Source: Longimicrobiales bacterium (GTDB lineage: Bacteria > Gemmatimonadota > Gemmatimonadetes > Longimicrobiales > Gaopeijiaceae). Taken from it: a DNA stretch of 64,000 bases. The translations under genes were made by a program, and so were the position numbers. The stretch spans positions 928,001 through 992,000 of the forward strand of contig JAWLHJ010000001.1 of assembly GCA_041690395.1 (NCBI GenBank), in the 5' to 3' direction. This document shows positions 22,841 through 32,652 of the stretch, piece by piece (position 1 is the stretch's first letter; each line of letters starts with the position of its first letter). Under the pieces are notes generated by a model. It made no database searches. It was not told the origin of the DNA and worked only from the letters and a program-made list of their open reading frames with translations.

Positions 22841-23794
22841 TCAGTCGATGTCGAGGTGGCCCTCACCCATGAGTACGCAGTTGCCGCCGACGCGCACCAG
22901 GGCGACGGCGCCGGCGCGCTTCTCGATGTCGAGGTCGATCAGGCTCGGTCGGCCCATCTCGAAGCCCTGCTCGATCCGCCACGCGAACCGACCGTCCGGC
23001 TCCGGCTCGCGCACGCCCAGGAAGCCGCCGAGCGTCGAAGCCGCCGACCCGGTGGCGGGGTCCTCGGCGATGCCGAGCCCCGGAGCGAACATGCGGGCCC
23101 GGAGTGAGGAGCCCGCGAGCTTCGGGTCGGGTGTGAGCAGGTACAGGTGGGAGACGCCCGTGGGCGCGATCGAGCGCTCCCAGCGTGACGTGTCCAGGCG
23201 TGCCCGGCCCAACGCGCTCCGGTCGCGGATCGGAACGACCAGGAACGCGACGCCGCACGACCACACCTCTGGCTCCCATCCCGGAACCCGGAGGTCGTCG
23301 AGCTCCAGCGCGAGCGCCTTCGCCAGCTCGTCGGTGGCCGGCGGATCGGGAACCATCTCCGGGAGCCGCGGCACGTCGAAGCGCGCGTGGTACGTCCGCC
23401 CGCTCCCGACGACCCGCACCGGCACGGGACCGACGCCGAGCTCGAGCACGAACTCCGCGACGGCGGGCCCCCTGGAGCCGCCGTCCGGGCCGCCCGCGAC
23501 CCCCGACGCCGGCGCGACGATCCCTTCGGCCACCAGCACGCTCGCCGTTCCCACCGTCGGGTGCCCGGCGAACGGGAGCTCCGAGCCCGGTGTGAAGATG
23601 CGTAGCCTGGCGGCGTGCTTCGGGTCATCGGGAGGAAGCACGAACACGGTCTCGGAGAGGTTCAACTCGCGCGCGATCACCGGCATGAGCGCGGGCGACA
23701 CCTGGCCGCCATCCGGAAACACCGCGAGCTGGTTGCCGCCGAACGGCCGGTCCGTGAAGACGTCCGCCAGGAGGTAGCGCGCGCCGCCGCTCAC
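22841..23794 (-). CDS. PhzF family isomerase/epimerase
   Basis: DVFTDRPFGGNQLAV, NLSETVF, ELPFAGHPTVG, EDPATGSA, EQGFEMGRPS. Confidence 0.95.
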   Translation of the reverse strand: MSGGARYLLADVFTDRPFGGNQLAVFPDGGQVSPALMPVIARELNLSETVFVLPPDDPKHAARLRIFTPGSELPFAGHPTVGTASVLVAEGIVAPASGVAGGPDGGSRGPAVAEFVLELGVGPVPVRVVGSGRTYHARFDVPRLPEMVPDPPATDELAKALALELDDLRVPGWEPEVWSCGVAFLVVPIRDRSALGRARLDTSRWERSIAPTGVSHLYLLTPDPKLAGSSLRARMFAPGLGIAEDPATGSAASTLGGFLGVREPEPDGRFAWRIEQGFEMGRPSLIDLDIEKRAGAVALVRVGGNCVLMGEGHLDID

Positions 23795-24111
23795 GGCGCC
23801 ACCCTCACGAGATAGGCGCCGCCGCCCACGTCCACGGCCCATTCATCGACGCGGTGGGCCAACCATCCGGTCAGCGCTTCTCTCACGATGTCCAGCAGCA
23901 CCGGCGCGCCCGCGGAACGCGTGCCGCGTCCCGTGATGATCCGGACCACCCGCCCGGGCGAGCGGACGGCATGCGTATCCAGGAACGCCTCCAGCCGCCG
24001 CTCCGCCGCGTCCGCCGTGAAGCCGTGCAGATCGAGCTCTTCTGCGACGATCTCCACGTGGAGGGTGCGCGGACGCTGGCTGGGGGGGCGGGACACACGA
24101 CGCTTACCCAT
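23791..24111 (-). CDS. Smr/MutS2 domain protein
   Basis: ELDLHGFT and RIITGRG motifs. Confidence 0.9.
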   Translation of the reverse strand: MGKRRVSRPPSQRPRTLHVEIVAEELDLHGFTADAAERRLEAFLDTHAVRSPGRVVRIITGRGTRSAGAPVLLDIVREALTGWLAHRVDEWAVDVGGGAYLVRVAP

Positions 24112-24123
24112 GCGTTGACATCA

Positions 24124-24777
24124 TCAGATCGGCGCGGGCACGCGGTGTCGCTCGATCCGCCAGGCCCAGAAGGGGAAGATCCACAACGCGAGCCCGACGA
24201 TGGCGATGGCCATCGCGTTGGGAGGCGGCGGGGAGAATGGTCCGGAGGCCCAGATGACGGCGACCAGGCCGACCAGCGCGATGAGTCCCGTTCGCCCGAG
24301 ACCGTCCCGGGGCGGGAAGCGCCTGGCGTATAGCAGGACCGCGCCTGCGAACAGGAGGCCTTCCACGAGGAAGGTTCCAGGGATCGAGTTCCAGAGGCCC
24401 AGGCCGACCAGGGGGCCACCGGGCCAGAGCGGGAGATCCGGTCGGTGCGTCACGAAGTCCAGGACCCAGTGACTCACGACGACGACTCCGATCACCGACG
24501 CAACCCTGCCACCGCGACCCAGCGCGCTTGCGATCCCCCATGCGACCACGCCCCACAGGAGCACCATCGCAAGGCTGTGACTCCATGGATAGGCTTCGAA
24601 CGACAACGGCGTGAACGCGGTCGCCCCGGGCTCGATCGAGACGGACTCCGTGCCCGTCAACAGGAGGATCGGCCAGAGCAGGTCGATGCCGAACGAAGCG
24701 GCCACCAGGGCGCCCAGAGGAGCCCTCGGCTCGGCGACCTTCGCTGCCAGTGCCACGCTCATGTGTCCCGCGAACAT
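24124..24777 (-). CDS. Membrane-bound metal-dependent hydrolase-like protein
   Basis: MFAGH, DLLWP, YPWSHSL, SHWVLDFVTHRPDL with multiple TM helices. Confidence 0.8.
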   Translation of the reverse strand: MFAGHMSVALAAKVAEPRAPLGALVAASFGIDLLWPILLLTGTESVSIEPGATAFTPLSFEAYPWSHSLAMVLLWGVVAWGIASALGRGGRVASVIGVVVVSHWVLDFVTHRPDLPLWPGGPLVGLGLWNSIPGTFLVEGLLFAGAVLLYARRFPPRDGLGRTGLIALVGLVAVIWASGPFSPPPPNAMAIAIVGLALWIFPFWAWRIERHRVPAPI

Positions 24778-24821
24778 CGTAGCTTCACTCCTTGTCGAGA
24801 TGTCATGTCGGGCGTGTACGA

Positions 24822-25223
24822 TCACTGCGGCTCGCCCGGGCGCCGCTCCTCCATCAGACCGATCAGGTTGCGGTCCGGGTCCCGCACGAAGGCGATCCAC
24901 AGCTCGTGGTCGGGCATGCGTGCGGTCAGCCGAGGGCCCCGCTCGCTCGTACCGCCCCGCGCCAGAACCGTGTCATAGGCGGTGTCCACGTCGGCGACGG
25001 AGAAGTACACGACCGAGCTCGTGCCGGCCGGGTGCTCGTCCGTCGCGGCCGTCAGCATAAGCCGCACGTCACCGGCTGCCAGGAACGCGAGCGACGGCTC
25101 CGCGGCGAAGAGGAAGGTGAGGCCGAGGGTGTCCCGGTAGAACGTCAGCGCCGCGTCCAGGTCGCTCACGCTCACGGCGATCTGGCGCACACCCGAGATG
25201 CCCGTTCCGTCGCTCATTCCCAC
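24822..25223 (-). CDS. VOC/glyoxalase family protein
   Basis: QIAVSVSDLDAALTFYRDTLGL and AFVRDPDRNLIGLME. Confidence 0.92.
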   Translation of the reverse strand: MGMSDGTGISGVRQIAVSVSDLDAALTFYRDTLGLTFLFAAEPSLAFLAAGDVRLMLTAATDEHPAGTSSVVYFSVADVDTAYDTVLARGGTSERGPRLTARMPDHELWIAFVRDPDRNLIGLMEERRPGEPQ

Positions 25224-25271
25224 CCTCCTCCGTCTTTTGTAGACCTCCCCGGTGTCGGCCGGGGAAGGGGG

Positions 25272-25883
25272 TCACACCTTGTCGTGCCCGTCGGCGAGCT
25301 GGGGGACGACCTCCTTCTCGTAGCAACTGGGGCAGATCGCGTGGCTGAACTTCGAGCTCGTGTGGCTCGCGATGTAGGCCTCGACCTCCAGCCAGTAGTC
25401 CTCGTCTCCACGGATCCGGCGGCAGTAGGAACAGATGGGGAGCATCTCCCGGAGCGTTCTGACCTCCCCCAGCGCCTGCCGGAGCTCCGTGACGAGCTGG
25501 TCGCGCTCCTCCTGTTCGTGCTTCCGCTGAGTGACGTCGCGGGCCACGGAGTATATGAGCCGTCGCTCGAGGTCGGGTGAGGCGTTCCACAGGAGCCACC
25601 GGTGCGATCCGTCCTTGCACACGTAGCGGTTCTCGAAGCCCCGCGCATGCTCTCCGGCCCGTACCCGCCGATTCTGCTCGACCGTACGATCCCGATCGTC
25701 CGGGTGGACGAACTCGATGAAGGGCCGCGACATCAGCTCCTCCTGGGTGAAGCCGAGGGTCCGCTCCCACGCCGGGTTGAGACGGCGGAAGCGTCCGTCG
25801 AAGTCCAGGAAGCACAGCATGTCTAGCGAGATCTCGAAGAAGCGGTCGTAGAACTCGCGCTCCCGGTCCTCTGCCGATTCCAC
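25272..25883 (-). CDS. PAS domain protein with C-terminal CxxC...CxxC domain
   Basis: PAS (NPAWERTLGF, VHPDD, ARDVT), coiled coil, LPICSYCRRIR...FSHAICPSC. Confidence 0.85.
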   Translation of the reverse strand: MESAEDREREFYDRFFEISLDMLCFLDFDGRFRRLNPAWERTLGFTQEELMSRPFIEFVHPDDRDRTVEQNRRVRAGEHARGFENRYVCKDGSHRWLLWNASPDLERRLIYSVARDVTQRKHEQEERDQLVTELRQALGEVRTLREMLPICSYCRRIRGDEDYWLEVEAYIASHTSSKFSHAICPSCYEKEVVPQLADGHDKV

Positions 25884-25940
25884 GTTCAGCTCGTTCCTCG
25901 CGGTTGCCCGAGCGATGTCCCGATCAGGTAGTACCTTCTA

Positions 25941-26639
25941 ATGATGACCAACTCCAGAAATCTGACGATTCTCGCGTACGAAGATACCCCTCTCGGTCCT
26001 CTGTGCCTCCGCCGTCGCGCGCTGCTGTCGAGTCCGGGCACGGTCGTGACGGAAGTAACGCTGGCTCACGAGTTCCTCATGAGCAGTCACATCACCGTTT
26101 CGGAGCGCGCCCTCGCCGATGTGGCTCTGGCCATGCACGGTGGCGATGACCTCAGGGTGCTCGTGGGCGGCCTGGGCCTGGGGTACACGGCTGAAGCGGT
26201 CCTCGCGCACGGGCGCGTGGCGCGCCTGGAGGTCGTCGAGTTTCTCCCGCAGGTGCTCGGCTGGCTCGAGGACGATCTCTTTCCCGTCGCTCCGAAGCTG
26301 AAGAGCGACGCCCGGTTCGAGGCCGTGCGTGGAGACGTGTACGAGATCCTCACGGGGCCGCCGGCCGGATCCTACGATCTCATCCTGGTGGATGTCGACC
26401 ACGCGCCCGACGACCGGCTTGGCGAGGCGGACTCCGGGTTCTACACCGAGGGCGGCCTCGAGAGGGCGCGGGCCCACCTGGCCCCGTCCGGAGTGCTGGG
26501 GGTATGGTCGTACGCCGAGAGCTCGCCGTTTTCCGAGGCGCTCCGCAACGTCTTCGACGACGTCGTGGTGGAGAGGGTCACGTACCACAACGACCTGATC
26601 GACGAGGAGATCACGGACTGGCTCTTCCTCGCTCGCTGA
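25941..26639 (+). CDS. Spermidine synthase-like SAM-binding protein
   Basis: VLVGGLGLGYT, VVEF, DLILVDVDH, GVLGVWS. Confidence 0.85.
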   Translation: MMTNSRNLTILAYEDTPLGPLCLRRRALLSSPGTVVTEVTLAHEFLMSSHITVSERALADVALAMHGGDDLRVLVGGLGLGYTAEAVLAHGRVARLEVVEFLPQVLGWLEDDLFPVAPKLKSDARFEAVRGDVYEILTGPPAGSYDLILVDVDHAPDDRLGEADSGFYTEGGLERARAHLAPSGVLGVWSYAESSPFSEALRNVFDDVVVERVTYHNDLIDEEITDWLFLAR

Positions 26640-26712
26640 GGGGATGCCGATCCGGGGTCCGGTCGCTACCATTCGTGCTCTTTCGAAAACGAACCTTCGA
26701 CAGGACGAACAC

Positions 26713-28011
26713 ATGGCGGTGCTGGCGAGCCGGATCGCGAATCTGGGGACCGAGAATGCCTTCGAGGTCGGCAAGGACATCGCGCGCCTGGAGGCTCAGG
26801 GAAAGAGGATCATCAAGTTCAATCTCGGTCAGCCCGATTTCCGCGCGCCCGAGCACCTGGACCGCGAGTGCATCCGGCAGCTCGAGGCCGGGAACACCGG
26901 ATACGTGGATCCCGCCGGCATCCTACCCCTCCGCCGCGCCATCGCGGACCACATGCGGAAGACCAGGGGCGTCGACGTCGACCCCTCGAGGGTCGTGGTC
27001 ACGGCCGGTGCCAAGCCGCCCATCGGGCTGACCGTCCTGACGTACGTGAACCGTGGCGACGAGGTCATCTACCCGAGCCCCGGCTTCCCGATTTACGAGT
27101 CGTGGGTGCGGTTCCTGGGCGCGGTTCCGGTGCCGCTCCGACTTCGCGAAGAGCGCGACTTCGCCTTCACGCCGGACGAGCTCGGCGATCTCATCACACC
27201 GCGCACGAAGCTCGTCATCCTGAACTCCCCGTCGAATCCGACGGGCGGGGTCCTCAGCAAAGAGGACCTCCAGGGGATCGCGCGCGTGATCCGGGAGAAG
27301 GGATCCCCGGATCTGCGTGTATACAGCGACGAGATCTACGAGCAGATCCTCTTCGACGGCGAGGAGCACCGCAGCCTGATCAGCGAGGAGGGCATGGAGG
27401 AGCGCACCGTGGTCGCCAGCGGGCATTCCAAGGGCTTCGGGATGACCGGTTGGAGGCTCGGGTGGGCCGTCCTGCCGAACGCCGAGGAGGCCGCCGTGTT
27501 CTCCCGCTTCAACGTCAACACGGTGTCCTGCGTGCCTCCGTTCATCCAGGAAGCTGGGCGTGAAGCGTACGAGAACCCCGAGACGGAGAAGTACGTCACG
27601 CGGAACGTGCGCGCGTTCCAGGAGCGGCGCGACCGCGTCGTGCCCGGCCTGAACGAGATCCCGGGAATCACGTGCCGGACGCCCAAGGGAACGTTCTACG
27701 TCTTCCCGAACGTCGAGGGTTACTGCCGGGACATGGGGATCATGGACGTCTACGAGCAGCTTCCCGAGGACGAGCGGGCCCGCACCTCACCGTCCACGCT
27801 GCTTCAGCTCTTCCTGCTCTACCGCTACGGGATCGCGACGCTGGACCGCCGTTCCTTCTGCAAGCTGGGCTCCGAGGGGGAGCACTACCTCCGCCTCTCC
27901 ATCGCGAACAGCATGGAGGAGCTCGAGGCCGGCGTCGCGCGCATGGCCGAAGCCGCCGGCGACCGGGAGGGCTTCCTCTCCTTCATGGAGGAGGCACCAC
28001 ACCGGAAGTAG
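26713..28011 (+). CDS. PLP-dependent aminotransferase class I/II
   Basis: GQPDF, LNSPSNPTG, SDEIY, SKGFGMTGWRLG. Confidence 0.95.
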   Translation: MAVLASRIANLGTENAFEVGKDIARLEAQGKRIIKFNLGQPDFRAPEHLDRECIRQLEAGNTGYVDPAGILPLRRAIADHMRKTRGVDVDPSRVVVTAGAKPPIGLTVLTYVNRGDEVIYPSPGFPIYESWVRFLGAVPVPLRLREERDFAFTPDELGDLITPRTKLVILNSPSNPTGGVLSKEDLQGIARVIREKGSPDLRVYSDEIYEQILFDGEEHRSLISEEGMEERTVVASGHSKGFGMTGWRLGWAVLPNAEEAAVFSRFNVNTVSCVPPFIQEAGREAYENPETEKYVTRNVRAFQERRDRVVPGLNEIPGITCRTPKGTFYVFPNVEGYCRDMGIMDVYEQLPEDERARTSPSTLLQLFLLYRYGIATLDRRSFCKLGSEGEHYLRLSIANSMEELEAGVARMAEAAGDREGFLSFMEEAPHRK

Positions 28012-28834
28012 CCTCGGCACGGAGGCGCACGAGCACCATGAAGATGCGCGCCTCCGGGTCGAAGACGGTCGTCTCGTTGTACTCGGCGTCGGTCGCGTAG
28101 GACCCTGCCAACGAAGAGAGGCCCCGTGCGGGAGTGACCCGGAACAGGATCCTGTCGCTCGGCTGGGCCGGGAACTTCGCGTACTCGCGCGACTCGTCAT
28201 GGACGCTGTAGGACAGGGTGGGCGGTCCGTACCGCTCGGCCGCGGCCCTGAGGGTCGTGCCGGGACCGACGCCGTCCGCCGTGCGAGCCAGGGGATGGGT
28301 GGTGGCGACGAGCTCGAGTGGCGTATCCTCGTCGATCGCCGTGCCGACCGGGAAGAGCACGTGGTACAGCGTGTCCGTTCCCTCGACGACCGGCAGCGCG
28401 GTGACATCGACCATGAACCGGTCGGTCGGGTCGCCGATGGCGGCGGGCGCGGACAGGGCCGTGCGCAGCTCGCCCAGGGTCATGCCCACCGTCGCGTCGC
28501 CGATGCCGGTCCCGTCGACGGCCGCCGAAGCGTCCGGGCCGGCGGCTTCCGGCGCCGAGCTCGGTACCGCCCCATCCCCGACGGGCGGTGGCTCGGCCGC
28601 GGGTGAGAGGGAGAGCCACGCCAGGATCGCGCCGGCTCCGAGCAGGCACACGGGCGCGACGATCCGGAGGACCCGGTGGATGCGGGACAGCCCGGGAACG
28701 GCTTCGGCCGGATCTCTCCCTCGAGCTCGTGCGACCCTCCCCGAGACGACGAGCACGATCTCCCCGAGCATCGCGAGCCCGGCCAGGAGGAACAGGCCGA
28801 CGAACAGCGTCGGCGCGAGCTCACGGATGGTCAT
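27983..28834 (-). CDS. Hypothetical membrane-anchored protein
   Basis: Two N-terminal hydrophobic helices then a soluble domain (TADGVGPGTTL...YG); converges on and overlaps the aminotransferase end by 29 bp. Confidence 0.6.
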   Translation of the reverse strand: MTIRELAPTLFVGLFLLAGLAMLGEIVLVVSGRVARARGRDPAEAVPGLSRIHRVLRIVAPVCLLGAGAILAWLSLSPAAEPPPVGDGAVPSSAPEAAGPDASAAVDGTGIGDATVGMTLGELRTALSAPAAIGDPTDRFMVDVTALPVVEGTDTLYHVLFPVGTAIDEDTPLELVATTHPLARTADGVGPGTTLRAAAERYGPPTLSYSVHDESREYAKFPAQPSDRILFRVTPARGLSSLAGSYATDAEYNETTVFDPEARIFMVLVRLRAEATSGVVPPP

Positions 28835-28982
28835 CGGTGGCGACCACGATGTGATGCCTGGGGTCTTCCAGGAACTCCGCGACCATCTCCGGTTGTAGAG
28901 CGTCATCGAAGACGTCCGGATCGACGTTGTCGAGCCGGTGCCCGGAACGGCTCCGTAGAAGTTCGATCTCGACGTGCGGCAC
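28821..28982 (-). pseudogene. Probable truncated GNAT acetyltransferase (N-terminal fragment)
   Basis: GGAGGAG RBS then GTG; 53 aa with VDPDVFDD...AEFLEDPRHHIVVA resembling a GNAT N-terminus, ending before the acetyl-CoA motif. Confidence 0.5.
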
Positions 28983-29150
28983 ATCTCCTCCGGCAGGGTT
29001 GGGGTGCTTCGTGTCGTACGATCCGGTGTCCCGGTTGCGTGCGCCAGGGCGAGCCGGCCGGGAACGACTCTTGCTTGCTTTCGGTCGCGATGTTTGCCCA
29101 TCGTTCCGGGCCGACTCAACCCTCCCGTTCGGGCTGTCCAGGAGCCTCAT

Positions 29151-29375
29151 ATGCGCCACGTCATCCTCGTGCTCGGCGTTGCCCCCGTCCTCGTCGGAGG
29201 GTACTCGCTGCTCGGCGGAAGCTTCTCCATGACCCGGAGGGAGACCGTGCTCGACCTCGGCCCGGTGCAGGCGACCGCGGAGACGCAGGAGCTCTTCGCA
29301 TTGCCTCCGCTCGTCGCGGGCATCGCGTTGGCCCTGGGGCTGGCGGCGGTCGTGTACGGGGCCCGTAAGTCGTGA
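29151..29375 (+). CDS. Small two-helix membrane protein (DUF3185-like)
   Basis: TM-ETVLDLGPVQAT-TM pattern, AGGAG RBS. Confidence 0.7.
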   Translation: MRHVILVLGVAPVLVGGYSLLGGSFSMTRRETVLDLGPVQATAETQELFALPPLVAGIALALGLAAVVYGARKS

Positions 29376-30397
29376 GGATGCTCGGCACGATGATCGCGTC
29401 TCAGGTGCCGGGGCTTCCACAGGAGCAGGACACACCGCAGCTCCCGGATACCCTTCCATCGTCGTTCGATCGCATCGGGGAGCAGGTCACCGCGACCGGT
29501 CGTCTGATCCTCGAAGGCGAGTGGGACCTGGTCTGGCGGCGCTCCCTCGAAGGGCTCACCAACCTGGCGATCGGGCTCCTGCCCAATGTCCTCTCCGCGC
29601 TGTTCGTGGGTGTGATCTTCTACGGACTGTATCGGCTCCTCATCAGCGTTTCGGGCAGCGTGCTGCATCGCAGCCATGCGGTGGACGAGGGACTCGAGAC
29701 CATCAGCATGCGGACGCTACGGGTCATGGGATGGAGCTTCATCCTGGTCCTCGTCCTGTCCCAGCTGGGTATCAACGTCGCCGCGCTCATTGCCGGTCTC
29801 GGCATCGCCGGCCTGGCCCTCGGCTTCGCCGCCAAGGACTCGCTGGAGAACTTCATCGCCGGCGTCACGATCCTGCTCGACCGGCCCTTCAGTGTCGGGG
29901 ACTGGGTCACGGTCGCGGAGCATTACGGGAAAGTGGAGCACATCACGCTGCGCTCGACGCGTATCCGCACGCCGAACAACCAGACCGTCGTCTTCCCCAG
30001 TGTCCAGATGGTCACCCAGGCGGTCGTGAACCACACTGCGGGGGCCCCGCTTCGCGTGGATGTCCCCTTCGGGATCGCCTACAAGGAGAGTGTGGATGAG
30101 GCCCGCGACGTCGTCATGGGCCTGGTCGACCGGGAGGACGAGCGGCTCGCGCCGGGAGCCGATCACAAGGTCGTGGTGACCGAGCTCGGGGATTCCAGCG
30201 TGAACATGCAGCTCCGGCTCTTTCTCCTGGATCCGGGCTACGCCGTGGCGGTTCGGTGCGACTACGTCGAGGCCATCTTCAAGGCGCTCAAGGAAGCCGG
30301 CATCGAGATCCCGTTCCCGCACCTCCAGCTCTTCATCGACGAGGCCAAGGCGCTGCGTGACACGCCGGTCCGTGTTCTCGGAGGAGACGGCGCCTGA
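29372..30397 (+). CDS. MscS family mechanosensitive channel
   Basis: GIAGLALGFAAKD.LENFIAG, DRPFSVGDWV, ITLRSTRI, GIEIPFP. Confidence 0.95.
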   Translation: MRMLGTMIASQVPGLPQEQDTPQLPDTLPSSFDRIGEQVTATGRLILEGEWDLVWRRSLEGLTNLAIGLLPNVLSALFVGVIFYGLYRLLISVSGSVLHRSHAVDEGLETISMRTLRVMGWSFILVLVLSQLGINVAALIAGLGIAGLALGFAAKDSLENFIAGVTILLDRPFSVGDWVTVAEHYGKVEHITLRSTRIRTPNNQTVVFPSVQMVTQAVVNHTAGAPLRVDVPFGIAYKESVDEARDVVMGLVDREDERLAPGADHKVVVTELGDSSVNMQLRLFLLDPGYAVAVRCDYVEAIFKALKEAGIEIPFPHLQLFIDEAKALRDTPVRVLGGDGA

Positions 30398-31464
30398 GCT
30401 CCACCGAGCCCTCCTCCACGCTGCCGGCCGGGCTCCGGGCTCGGCTCGGGGGATACTGGCGGCGCCACCGGACGCTCTTCTGGGCGCTCCACTCCGTCTG
30501 GGCGCTCGCGACGGGCGTGCTGGTCATCTGGCTCGCGCGCGAGCGATACGGCTTCGTTCCCTGGGTCGTCCTCTTCCTGGGGCTGACCTGGCTGTCGACG
30601 CTCTACTTCGGCAGGCGGACGTCGACCGCGCCGCGAGGTGGAAGCGGACCGGGGTCCGCCGCCGTGGTGCCGGGGGCTGCGGAGGAGGCCACGTCGTACG
30701 TGACGCGCACGATGTACCAGGAGACGCTGTTCTTCCTCCTGCCGTTCTACGCCTACTCGACGGTGCTCGGGGAGCCGAGCATCGCGTTTCTGGCCCTGCT
30801 CGGCGTGCTCGCGGTCCTTTCCTGCATCGATCTGTTGTTCGACCGGTGGCTGCGTTCGAGCCGGGTCGTGCGGCTCGTCTTCTTCGCCCTGGTGACCTTC
30901 GCGGCCGTCAACCTGCTCCTCCCCATTCTCCTTCCCGTGGATCCCACGCTGGGTGCGCGTGTCGCGGCCGGTGTGGCCGTCCTGGCCGCCTTACCGCTCG
31001 CGCTGCAGGGGGAGCGGCCCTCGCGAAAGGGAGGGGCGCTACTCGGCGGTGCGGCCGCCGTCTTCATCGGGGTCGCGCTCGCCCTCCCGCAGCTCGTGCC
31101 ACCGGTTCCGCTCCGACTCCAGAGCGCCACGTTCGGGCCGGGGATCGAGCGTGAGACGCTGGTGGTGTCTGATACGCTGCTGGGTGCCGCACCCGCAGGT
31201 GCGCTACCCGACGGGCTGTTCGTGCTCTTCGAGGTGTTCGCTCCGACCGTCGTCCCGACGGAGGTCAGGCTTCGCTGGGAGCGGGACGGCGTCGTGCTCA
31301 GGGAGGGACGCCAGATCGAGATCACCGCGCACGAGCTCGGCTTCAGGGTCTGGGATGCGTGGCGGCCTCGAGGGGACGCCATCGTGCCGGGTCGGTATCG
31401 CGTCGTGATGGAGACCCGGGCCCGTCGTGTTTTCGGCGCCGCCACGTTCCTCGTCGAGCCGTGA
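30394..31464 (+). CDS. Membrane protein with C-terminal DUF2914-like domain; probable CTG start
   Basis: Multiple TM helices, YQETLFFLLPFY, VFAPT, GFRVWD; frame open from 30361, first ATG/GTG/TTG only at 30517. Confidence 0.7.
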   Translation: MSSTEPSSTLPAGLRARLGGYWRRHRTLFWALHSVWALATGVLVIWLARERYGFVPWVVLFLGLTWLSTLYFGRRTSTAPRGGSGPGSAAVVPGAAEEATSYVTRTMYQETLFFLLPFYAYSTVLGEPSIAFLALLGVLAVLSCIDLLFDRWLRSSRVVRLVFFALVTFAAVNLLLPILLPVDPTLGARVAAGVAVLAALPLALQGERPSRKGGALLGGAAAVFIGVALALPQLVPPVPLRLQSATFGPGIERETLVVSDTLLGAAPAGALPDGLFVLFEVFAPTVVPTEVRLRWERDGVVLREGRQIEITAHELGFRVWDAWRPRGDAIVPGRYRVVMETRARRVFGAATFLVEP

Positions 31465-31476
31465 CGACTCCGCTCG

Positions 31477-32652
31477 TCAGCTACGGTAGTTCGCGTTGAT
31501 GTCGACGTAATCGGCGGTCAGGTCACACGTCCACACGTCCGCCGCCGCCCGGCCGCGCGCGAGGTATAGCGTGATGAAGACCTCGTCGCTCGATACGAGG
31601 TGCTCGTGCGCCGCCGCCTCGTTGGCGACCAGGGGTCGACCGTCGGCGTAGACGTCCACGTCACCGATGGCGAGACGCATTTGCTCGGGTTCGACGGGCA
31701 CGCCGCACGAGCTCGCGGCCGAGACGATCCGGCCCCAGTTGGGGTCCCGCCCCGCGATGGCGGTCTTCACGAGCGGGCTGATCGCCACGGCGCGTCCGAC
31801 GAGCGTGGCCTCTCGTTCGTTGGCGGCGTCGCGCACCCGGATGGTGATGAGCCGCGTGGCGCCCTCGCCGTCCCGGGCGATGTCCCGCGCGAGCGTCTGG
31901 GCGACCTCGGTGTAGCCGCGCTCGACGTCGTCGCCCTCCGAGTCGGCATGCTTCCGGCCCCACAGCAGGAGCGTGTCGTTCGGCGACGTGTCCCCGTCGA
32001 CCGTCGTACGGTGGAAGCTGCGGTCGGCGATGCGGCGGACGGCGTCCAGGCCGCCTTTGGGAACGCGGTCCCCCAGCAGGAAGGCGAGCATGGTGGCCAT
32101 GTCGGGGTGGATCATCCCCGAGCCCTTGGCGAAGCCCGTGACGACTCCCGCGGACGTCTCGCGGGAGTGGGCCTTGGGGTAGGTGTCCGTCGTCATGGTG
32201 GCCCGCGCGAAGGCCTCGCCTCCGTCGGGTCCCGCCTTCTCCAGGAGCGGGTCGAGCGCTCGCTCCACACGCTCCGTGTCCAAGCGGGCGCCGATGACGC
32301 CGGTGCTGATCATGAGCACCTGCTCGACCGGGCAGCCCACCCGCTCAGCGAGCGCGACGCACAGACCCCGGGCGTCCTCGATGCCCTCCGGCCCGGTCGC
32401 GCAGTTCGCGTTGCCCGCGTTGACGAGCACCGCGCGCACGAGCCCTCCGCTCCGCGCCAGATGGTCACGGCACACCGGGATGTGCGCCCCATTGAGTCGG
32501 TTCCTGGTGAAGAGCGCCCAGGCCGGGAGCGCCTCGTCGGCGAGGAGGAGCCCCAGGTCGAGCAGCTCGGGGCGCTTCTTGAGGCCGCAGCGGATGCCGC
32601 CGACCCGGAAGCCGGCCGGGAGGGTTACGTGCATCGCGGTCGTGGCGGTCAC
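31477..32652 (-). CDS. argJ: Glutamate N-acetyltransferase / ornithine acetyltransferase
   Basis: NAGNANCATG, STGVIG, MTTDT, KGSGMIHPDMATML, DGDTSPND, DGEGAT, DPNWGRI. Confidence 0.96.
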   Translation of the reverse strand: MTATTAMHVTLPAGFRVGGIRCGLKKRPELLDLGLLLADEALPAWALFTRNRLNGAHIPVCRDHLARSGGLVRAVLVNAGNANCATGPEGIEDARGLCVALAERVGCPVEQVLMISTGVIGARLDTERVERALDPLLEKAGPDGGEAFARATMTTDTYPKAHSRETSAGVVTGFAKGSGMIHPDMATMLAFLLGDRVPKGGLDAVRRIADRSFHRTTVDGDTSPNDTLLLWGRKHADSEGDDVERGYTEVAQTLARDIARDGEGATRLITIRVRDAANEREATLVGRAVAISPLVKTAIAGRDPNWGRIVSAASSCGVPVEPEQMRLAIGDVDVYADGRPLVANEAAAHEHLVSSDEVFITLYLARGRAAADVWTCDLTADYVDINANYRS

